NCBI GenBank assembly: GCA_937950315.1
Contig: CALFDU010000143.1
Location: 1-24,879 of the forward strand
Length of the DNA stretch: 24,879 bases
Source of the DNA: an uncultured Saprospiraceae bacterium
GTDB lineage: Bacteria > Bacteroidota > Bacteroidia > Chitinophagales > Saprospiraceae
Reading direction: 5' to 3'
Shown one piece after another: positions 18,375 to 24,879 of the stretch (the stretch's first letter is position 1; each line of letters starts with the position of its first letter). The translations under genes and the position numbers were made by a program. Below the pieces are notes generated by a model. It saw only the letters and a program-made list of their open reading frames with translations, did not search any database and was not told the origin of the DNA.

Positions 18375-18923
18375 TTAAGACCAATCCCAGGACAGAATAT
18401 TCCATTCGTCTGTAGCATCTTTATAAGTCTTCAATATTTTAAATCCCACATTCAAATGAGCACGCATTGATCGAGGATTGCTTGTAGACACTTCTGTAAG
18501 ACACAGGTCATACTTCTGAGAAAACACAGATTTGTGCTTTTGATACAATGCATGAAAAACTCCTGAACCTCTGTAGGGTTTGTCTACACAGACTTGACCC
18601 ATCACATAATAGTTTAGAACAGTAAGTTTTGTGTTTTCATAGGTCAGGTCATCAAAAGTAGAATACATAGGTACGAGAACAGGAATCAAGTTTTTGAAAT
18701 CTTTAAGCATAACCAAAGCATAAGCGATTACTTTTCCATCATCGACAGCAATCACTTGAGGAACAGCATTGTTCATTTTTACCAACAAATCTATGTTGTG
18801 TTTCACCGTCACAAATCCTTCTTTATCTCTGATATTACTAGGAACATGATCAACATGGTTCACCTCTTGCAAATCCAAAATTTGCTGTAGTTCTTCTTTT
18901 GAATCGACCAGCTTTAGTTCCAC
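18375..18923 (-). CDS. GNAT family N-acetyltransferase
   Basis: 182 aa with a GNAT-like core. VDKPYRGSGVFHALY fits the R/Q-x-x-G-x-G/A acetyl-CoA-binding loop. Confidence 0.6.
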   Translation of the reverse strand: MELKLVDSKEELQQILDLQEVNHVDHVPSNIRDKEGFVTVKHNIDLLVKMNNAVPQVIAVDDGKVIAYALVMLKDFKNLIPVLVPMYSTFDDLTYENTKLTVLNYYVMGQVCVDKPYRGSGVFHALYQKHKSVFSQKYDLCLTEVSTSNPRSMRAHLNVGFKILKTYKDATDEWNILSWDWS

Positions 18924-18940
18924 TTCTTTCTAGTAATTAA

Positions 18941-19942
18941 TTATTGAATCCTATTCATTTTATCTAACTCGCCTTCTGAAAGACCTACTTTTTCCTTCAA
19001 TATGTTGTAATATTCATCAGCCGCATACAATGGATAATCCGTTCCAAAAACGATGTTTTCAATTCCTATCTTATCAATATATTTTCTGAGTTCTTTAAAT
19101 CCATCATCCGTCAAAGCCTCTACTCCTTCGCTATCTTTATCCAAAGCAACTGCAGATATATCAAACATAATCTGGTGGCCTTCAGGAAAATGGTTTCCAT
19201 CTTTCAGTTCCAAAAATGCATCGATAAAAGCTTTCGTCTTTTCATTGAATCCACCTGAGGTTCCAAAATGAGCAATCTGTAATCTAACAGGAGGAATGTC
19301 TTTCAACAAGGTATCCATCATGATACCCAAGTCTCTCTTTCCAAACTTAGGATGCCAGTTGTCAAAATGTAGCAATATGGGCAAATCGTGTTCTGCGGAT
19401 TTTTTAAACACCTTCGACACCTTCTCCAAATGAACGGGTTCCGTTAAATATACTTGAGAAGCATTGAAGTGTAGCTTTACTCCACTCTCAGGAAACAAGC
19501 CATAGCATCTTTCTAATTCTTCAACTGCAAAATCTTGTAATGGATCAATGGCAAAGTAAGGTGTAATTTGTTCTGGGTATTTTAATGCAGATTCAAATAG
19601 GTAGTTGTTTTCCTTTTGCATCCTTTCATAACGATCGTTGCCTTCGTAGTATTCTTGGCTTGTAAACACATAACCCATCCCGATCAGATTTATATGATCC
19701 GCATTGTTTATTTCCATGATGGTATCAACATTGGCATAGATAGCATCGGATTTAGAAAATGGAATGCCCAACGATTTCCAATAGGAAATTAAGTCAGGAC
19801 TCATGATGTGAACATGGCTATCAAACGATGCTTTAGTAGTTGTAGAATGGTTGTCTGGAGTGGGTTTTGCCTTGCAGCACAATAAGGTAAAGAGTAGCAG
19901 AATGATTGGAAATTTATTCATACAGTAGATGGTAAAGCTCAC
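18941..19942 (-). CDS. amidohydrolase-family (TIM-barrel metal-dependent hydrolase) lipoprotein
   Basis: 333 aa with an N-terminal signal/lipobox (FPIILLLFTLLCCKAKP). FDSHVHIMSPD carries the HxH metal-binding motif of amidohydrolase_2-type enzymes. It ends 17 bp upstream of the GNAT gene. Confidence 0.65.
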   Translation of the reverse strand: MSFTIYCMNKFPIILLLFTLLCCKAKPTPDNHSTTTKASFDSHVHIMSPDLISYWKSLGIPFSKSDAIYANVDTIMEINNADHINLIGMGYVFTSQEYYEGNDRYERMQKENNYLFESALKYPEQITPYFAIDPLQDFAVEELERCYGLFPESGVKLHFNASQVYLTEPVHLEKVSKVFKKSAEHDLPILLHFDNWHPKFGKRDLGIMMDTLLKDIPPVRLQIAHFGTSGGFNEKTKAFIDAFLELKDGNHFPEGHQIMFDISAVALDKDSEGVEALTDDGFKELRKYIDKIGIENIVFGTDYPLYAADEYYNILKEKVGLSEGELDKMNRIQ

Positions 19943-20015
19943 CTGATAATGAGTTTAACAATCTAATCACTTTCATGAATAAAAACAGAATTTATCAATG
20001 GATAATTCGAAAAAA

Positions 20016-22379
20016 TTATCGCCTTCTTCCGGAGTATTGCATTGCTTCTCCTTTCCCAAAACCGTAGCTAAATCCTAAGGTTAAGAAACGACCTCTGAAA
20101 TTACGAGAGTAAATAAAAAAGTCGGTTTGGTCGATGGTAGTCTTTCTGATTCCGCTAGCAAAAATATCTCTTCCACTTACATTAAATACTCCTTTGCCAT
20201 TCAGTATTTTTACTCTTAATCCTACATCCATTCTGGCATTGGGAGCGATTTCTCCTTGCACGGTCTGCTCTCGTGACTCATATCTTCCGGTCATTTCTGC
20301 ATCGATGGATTTGTTGATCTTATACTTGGTCGTCAATTTCCCTGACCATTGATCTGCAGAAAAATCAAATTGCTGGTTGTTGAATTCTCCTTCTCTTACA
20401 AAGATGTTGTAATTCACATCCGTGTTGAATGTCAACTTTTTAGACAAGGTATATTTTGCATTCAATTCAATTCCTGTGGCTTTGTTGATTCCGATGTTCT
20501 CTGGTCTAAACGTATTTACATTGTCTTCAAATCTTGATACTCGTTCAATTTTATCGGTCGTCAATCTGTGGTATACATTCACATTAAAAGAAAGGTCCTC
20601 GAAAATAAATATACTTCCAATCTCATAACTGTCTGTAAATTCAGGCTGAAGATTGGGATTACCCGCTACAATGTTGAAGTTGTTTCTGATGTTAAAAAAC
20701 GGATTCAAGTCCCACAGCCTTGGTCTATAGATTCTTCTAGAATATCCCGCTTGAAATGAAATTGCGTCTGACACTTTATAAGAAGTATGTGCAGAAGGAA
20801 ACAGATTGGTAAAGTTCTGATCGTTTATTTCATTGGTGTTGACCAATCGAGTAGCAAGATCTGTGTTCTCAGCTCTCAAGCCAAGCTTGATCCCCCATAC
20901 TTCTCCTTCATATGCTCCTGTCGAATAAACACCCAATACTTTTTGATCATATTCAAAGACGTTTGTCAATCCATTGTCAACGACAAACACACCATCGATT
21001 TCATTGCTTACTGAAAAGTCATTGCTTACATCATTGGTCAAGTATTGTGCACCTGACTCAAGGGACCACTGCTTATTAAATGGTTTGGTATAATCCAAGT
21101 TGAAAGTATACTTCCCTTCCTTGAAATCTGTTTCTGTTGTCTGATTATTCAACGCTTGTGTTCCTTCCACCAAAGTATTGCTAAACTCCGAAGATTGCGT
21201 TTTCCCAAAGAACCTTCCTATCGCACTAAACAGCAATTGGTGATCCTTGTTGTCTTCAAAATCTCGCTTGTACTGAAGCTCATATTGAAACTTAGGATTC
21301 AAGGCTTCCGTTTCTTCATTTCGTCTCCAGCTACTAGTAACAACATCATCTACACTAAAATCAAAATCTGTTTCTGAAGGTTGACTTTCTATTTCAAGGG
21401 CTACACTTCCTGATAAAGTAATGACGTTCTGTGGATTGATATAAATGTCTGTTCCTAAAATCGCGTTATAAAACAATTCGTCTCTGAATTCAATTCCATC
21501 AGAGTTCAATTCTGTATTGTTTATATTATCACGATTGATATTGGTATTGTACCTCGGTAAAGATCTGTAGCCTACACCCAGTTGGGTAAACAGATTAAAC
21601 TGCTGAGTTCTTCTATTAAGGCTTAGTCCAACACTGTGGTTTTGTGGCAAACCGGTGTTTACTGAGATTGATCCATTAAGTCCTGTTTTTTCATTTTTCT
21701 TAAGTACGATATTGATAATACCTGCAGTTCCTTCTGCTTCATACTTTGCAGATGGGTTGGTGATCACTTCGACTTTCTCAATCATCTCTGCCGTGATGGT
21801 CCCGAGTGCACCACCCGCTTCATCTGCCAAAATCGATGGCTTACCGTCTATTAAAATCTGCACCCCACTAGATCCTCTCAATGATATTTGTCCTTCAATA
21901 TTTACGTTCACGGAAGGTACGTTATTCAATACTTCAAGCGCACTCGCACCCGTCGTACTTAAATCCGTTCCAACATTGAATACCCGCTTGTCTAATTTAA
22001 ATTCGGTAGTGGATTTCTCCGCTGAGATGATTACCTCATCCAACGCTTGTGCATCTTCGCCTAATCTGATGATTCCAACATCTGTTTTGTTACCAACAAA
22101 TGTAACCTCCTCGATCGCCACAGAAGTATATCCAATGAAACTGACTTCTAGAGCAACATTGGAAACATTTGACTCGATCATAAAATTCCCTCCATCACTC
22201 GTAGTCGTTCCAGTAATGATATCGCCTGTCGTTTTTTCGGTGACAACAACTGTAGCATAATCAATAAATTCACCCGATGAAGCCTCGATAACTTTTCCTT
22301 TGATAATAAAAGGACCACTTTGGGCTTGAAGGACCATCGACCCAAGGCAAAAACACAATAAAATAAGAACGTTTTTCAT
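20016..22379 (-). CDS. TonB-dependent receptor-like outer membrane protein with N-terminal carboxypeptidase-regulatory-like domain
   Basis: 787 aa with a signal peptide (LILLCFCLGSMVLQAQS). The CarbopepD_reg-like segment is FIIKGKVIEASSGEFIDYATVVV. A TonB-box-like LDEVIISAEK is followed by a plug (LRGSSGVQILIDGKP). The C-terminal portion is long, beta-rich and Y/N/G-rich. It resembles the Bacteroidota outer-membrane beta-barrel (OMP_b-brl_3) family. Confidence 0.8.
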   Translation of the reverse strand: MKNVLILLCFCLGSMVLQAQSGPFIIKGKVIEASSGEFIDYATVVVTEKTTGDIITGTTTSDGGNFMIESNVSNVALEVSFIGYTSVAIEEVTFVGNKTDVGIIRLGEDAQALDEVIISAEKSTTEFKLDKRVFNVGTDLSTTGASALEVLNNVPSVNVNIEGQISLRGSSGVQILIDGKPSILADEAGGALGTITAEMIEKVEVITNPSAKYEAEGTAGIINIVLKKNEKTGLNGSISVNTGLPQNHSVGLSLNRRTQQFNLFTQLGVGYRSLPRYNTNINRDNINNTELNSDGIEFRDELFYNAILGTDIYINPQNVITLSGSVALEIESQPSETDFDFSVDDVVTSSWRRNEETEALNPKFQYELQYKRDFEDNKDHQLLFSAIGRFFGKTQSSEFSNTLVEGTQALNNQTTETDFKEGKYTFNLDYTKPFNKQWSLESGAQYLTNDVSNDFSVSNEIDGVFVVDNGLTNVFEYDQKVLGVYSTGAYEGEVWGIKLGLRAENTDLATRLVNTNEINDQNFTNLFPSAHTSYKVSDAISFQAGYSRRIYRPRLWDLNPFFNIRNNFNIVAGNPNLQPEFTDSYEIGSIFIFEDLSFNVNVYHRLTTDKIERVSRFEDNVNTFRPENIGINKATGIELNAKYTLSKKLTFNTDVNYNIFVREGEFNNQQFDFSADQWSGKLTTKYKINKSIDAEMTGRYESREQTVQGEIAPNARMDVGLRVKILNGKGVFNVSGRDIFASGIRKTTIDQTDFFIYSRNFRGRFLTLGFSYGFGKGEAMQYSGRRR

Positions 22380-22438
22380 CTATTTCTTTGCAATTAATGA
22401 ATAGTGCAAATATAGGACTATGTGAATTAGGAAACCAC

Positions 22439-23221
22439 CTATTTTTTAATCTGTTGTAGCTGCTTGATCTGTTTTAAAATCAATTTTTTTGGCGTCAATG
22501 GAATCATAACCTTCATTATTTTTTGGCTAAACGTTAATCCTGAAACAACATCAAGTTTACCATTTAACATTCCGTTGTACCCATCTTCAGCCACACTTCG
22601 TGCTGTTGCTGTCTTATCGAGTAGTTTGGTTTTATCAACTCCAGAGATCTTGCCAAATTCTGTTTCAGTAGCTCCAGGCATTAGATTGGTGACTGTAATT
22701 CCAGTATCCGTCAACTCTTCCGATAATGCATTACTAAAGCTGGTCACATATGCCTTGGTTGCAAAATAAACTGCTTGTAATGGCCCTGGCATGAAACTAG
22801 CTATTGACGAAACATTGAGAATTTTTCCTGTATTGTCCTTTACAAAATCTTGTAAAAAAAGATGTGTCAAAGAAGTCAAAGCCGTAATGTTCAGATTGAT
22901 CATCGCTATATCTTCTTCCAACGCACGCTCATTGAATTGACCAAGTCCACCAAAACCAGCATTGTTGATCAGGTAATCAACCTTGAGTCCGAGGGCTTTC
23001 ACTTTATCATATACTTCTTTCGTAGCATTCGAATTTGTCAAGTCTTTTTCGATGATTGTAACTTGGATTTTGTGCTTTGTCTCCAATTCATTTTTAAGCG
23101 CATTCAATTTATCTTTTCGTCTTGCCACTACGATCAAGTTACCGCCTTTTTCTGCATGAATTTCCGCAAGTGATTTTCCTATTCCACTGCTCGCACCTGT
23201 GATTAATGCTAGTTTTGTCAT
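22439..23221 (-). CDS. SDR family (short-chain dehydrogenase/reductase) oxidoreductase
   Basis: 260 aa. TGASSGIGKSLA (TGxxxGxG), NNAG motif (INNAGFGG), and catalytic Ser...YFATK (YxxxK). Confidence 0.9.
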   Translation of the reverse strand: MTKLALITGASSGIGKSLAEIHAEKGGNLIVVARRKDKLNALKNELETKHKIQVTIIEKDLTNSNATKEVYDKVKALGLKVDYLINNAGFGGLGQFNERALEEDIAMINLNITALTSLTHLFLQDFVKDNTGKILNVSSIASFMPGPLQAVYFATKAYVTSFSNALSEELTDTGITVTNLMPGATETEFGKISGVDKTKLLDKTATARSVAEDGYNGMLNGKLDVVSGLTFSQKIMKVMIPLTPKKLILKQIKQLQQIKK

Positions 23222-23300
23222 TGCTGATTTTTTTTAGCCTTTCGGCAAATGTTTGTACTTGTTTTTGGTATTCTCTTTTTCTTAAAGAATGGATAGTGTA

Positions 23301-24179
23301 CTATTCAACAAACCGTCTAAAATCGGAGCTTTCGAAAGTCCACTCAGGTGTAAAGATAACACCATGTTTAAACACATACCAAGGGCTAAAGTTGCCAGTT
23401 TGATTGGAAATTATTTGTAATTCTTGTGCAGGCATATAGCTTTGCGCAAGCATAAAGATTTTACTACCAGTTTGTATATGTTCTGCTTCATCGACAATGA
23501 TCACAGCATGTCCCGGAAATCCCCCTTGAATCAAGACATCTCCCACTCTCACATCCGATAAATCAACAGATTTCATCTCTTTTTCCAACGAAGAGGTGCC
23601 TGCATACATGAATATTAACTCAAGGTAATTCCAGAAATCTTGATAGCTATTTGATGGGTTTTCTTTTTGAACCCAAGAGGTATGATTGCCCTCTACTTTC
23701 ATACGTTTTCCTTTCATCCACTCCTTGTACTCAACCTTATGTCCATTGGTGAAATTGAAATGTATTTTGTCATAATTCTCTCTATGCCAGAAATACTCCG
23801 CGCGCAATCTCATGATCGCATCAGCACATTGATGTAAATCTTTATTTCCAATTTCTAAGTCCACCACTCCAACATAGACGTTGTTGTTGTTCTTGATGGA
23901 ACCATCATAATAATGCACGGCGGATCCTATTTTCTTCAATGGTAAATTTCTCAGGTAATGCCCAAAGGTGGATTTTGAAAGAGTTGTTCTTTTGTATCCA
24001 TCAGGTACTTGAAAACGATCCTTTATCGATGTGCCATCATGATCAACAAGCACCTGATCTGCAACTTCAGAATCATTCTTTTCTAGCTCTATGCTTTTCA
24101 CCTGGGTAACAGAAGTTTTCTCTCCGTTACAAGAGGTGAATAAAAAAACCAAAACCACTATGTAAAAAACACCTTTCAT
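23301..24179 (-). CDS. hypothetical lipoprotein with Cys/His motifs suggestive of a transglutaminase/cysteine-peptidase-like fold
   Basis: 292 aa with lipoprotein signal VVLVFLFTSCNGEK. HQCADAIMRLRAEYFW (a Cys in a helix N-terminus context) and a downstream GFPGHAVIIVDEAEH (His, then acidic residues) are reminiscent of a Cys-His-Asp thiol hydrolase arrangement. This is inference only. Confidence 0.45.
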   Translation of the reverse strand: MKGVFYIVVLVFLFTSCNGEKTSVTQVKSIELEKNDSEVADQVLVDHDGTSIKDRFQVPDGYKRTTLSKSTFGHYLRNLPLKKIGSAVHYYDGSIKNNNNVYVGVVDLEIGNKDLHQCADAIMRLRAEYFWHRENYDKIHFNFTNGHKVEYKEWMKGKRMKVEGNHTSWVQKENPSNSYQDFWNYLELIFMYAGTSSLEKEMKSVDLSDVRVGDVLIQGGFPGHAVIIVDEAEHIQTGSKIFMLAQSYMPAQELQIISNQTGNFSPWYVFKHGVIFTPEWTFESSDFRRFVE

Positions 24180-24239
24180 CGTAACTATTACTACTTGAAG
24201 TCAAACATTTATTTCAGGCTACTTAACTCAAACGGAAAA

Positions 24240-24879
24240 TCAAAGTCCCATCTTACCCAAGTCCAAGGAAATCTTTCGTCCATTTTCCTTGATCGATTGA
24301 TAGATAGCTTCTACAATGATCATATCCCTCTTCCCCATCTCTCCAGGAACTCGATTTATTTCTCCATGAGAAATGTGCTTGGCAAAGTCATCCATCTGCA
24401 GAGCCTGTTGTCGTTTATGAGGAAATATCATCTCTTTTCCATCTGAAGTACGACCGCTAAGTGGACCATAATTGTTGGCTGGGTTTAACTCAAACCAACC
24501 TTTGGAACAAGAAACGTACAATCGATTGGCGTTTACATTGTGAGAGGTAAATACATTTCCTATTGTCCCATTAGGAAATTCCAGTTGGGCTGTGATCGTC
24601 TCATCGGTACCTTTAAAATATTCAGGTCTGGTTGAAAACTCCTGGGCACTGACAGAAACTGGATTTAGTCCCACACCATAAATCGCAGCTTGGATAGAAT
24701 AGACTCCCATGTTCATCAATGCACCTCCTCCAGACAAAGCTTTGTTTAGTCTCCACTGATTGGGGTGTGTATCTGAAAAGTATGCTGCCTCTGCAGAAAC
24801 GTATTTTACATCACCATAGGTTTTTTCTCTTACCAATCTCTTCACCTCTTGGGTGTATGGTTCTGAGTGAAGTCGATAA
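24240..24879 (-). CDS. Gfo/Idh/MocA family oxidoreductase, C-terminal domain; 5'-partial (runs off window end)
   Basis: GGGALMNMGVYSIQAA matches the Gfo/Idh/MocA C-terminal alpha/beta domain. The reading frame stays open from 24845 to the window edge at 24879 with no in-frame stop, and the N-terminal Rossmann domain is absent. The gene therefore continues beyond the window. Confidence 0.75.
   Translation of the reverse strand, partial: YRLHSEPYTQEVKRLVREKTYGDVKYVSAEAAYFSDTHPNQWRLNKALSGGGALMNMGVYSIQAAIYGVGLNPVSVSAQEFSTRPEYFKGTDETITAQLEFPNGTIGNVFTSHNVNANRLYVSCSKGWFELNPANNYGPLSGRTSDGKEMIFPHKRQQALQMDDFAKHISHGEINRVPGEMGKRDMIIVEAIYQSIKENGRKISLDLGKMGL

Noticed and set aside
18267-18470. 67-aa plus-strand ORF in the 268-bp intergenic region upstream of the flavoprotein reductase
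   Set aside because: It overlaps the 3' end of the GNAT gene on the opposite strand and has low-complexity translation. It is more likely non-coding promoter or UTR sequence.
21655-22260. 201-aa plus-strand ORF inside the TonB-dependent receptor gene
   Set aside because: It lies entirely antisense to a well-supported 787-aa CDS. Its composition is low-complexity and S/P/T/V-rich, as expected for a shadow ORF, and it has no recognisable motifs.
23222-23300. T8 run with adjacent agcctttcggc mini-hairpin, considered as a terminator
   Set aside because: The stem is only 3-4 bp long, and the T-run is on the wrong side of the stem for either strand. The region is more likely the SDR gene 5' UTR or promoter.

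Overview
This is a roughly 24.9 kb chromosomal segment that is AT-rich and gene-dense. It most likely comes from a Bacteroidota genome. That is an inference from lipoprotein-type signal peptides, a TonB-dependent receptor with an N-terminal carboxypeptidase-regulatory-like domain, and TAnnTTTG-like motifs upstream of two genes. All genes except the NfeD/flotillin pair are on the minus strand.

Gene content is as follows. Phosphoenolpyruvate carboxylase, a ketopantoate-reductase-family protein, and a divergently transcribed NfeD–flotillin pair. The flotillin contains three in-frame 66-nt tandem repeats and is followed by a perfect bidirectional terminator hairpin. A tripartite HAE1-type RND efflux operon with overlapping start and stop codons. 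An outer-membrane beta-barrel protein, possibly PagL-like. A tight run of small uncharacterised genes, followed by a peptide deformylase whose ORF carries an N-terminal lipoprotein signal peptide. An SRPBCC protein, a Crp/Fnr regulator adjacent to a CxxxxC flavoprotein disulfide reductase, and a GNAT acetyltransferase. An amidohydrolase lipoprotein, a TonB-dependent receptor, an SDR oxidoreductase, a Cys/His-motif lipoprotein, and a 5'-truncated Gfo/Idh/MocA oxidoreductase at the window edge.

I see no rRNA or tRNA genes, no CRISPR array, and no recognisable transposase, integrase or phage gene. I could not identify an obviously novel multi-gene system.

The most unusual points are the signal-peptide-bearing deformylase and the uncharacterised gene string from 13090 to 14440. 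The deformylase is tightly linked to a DUF2200 gene.
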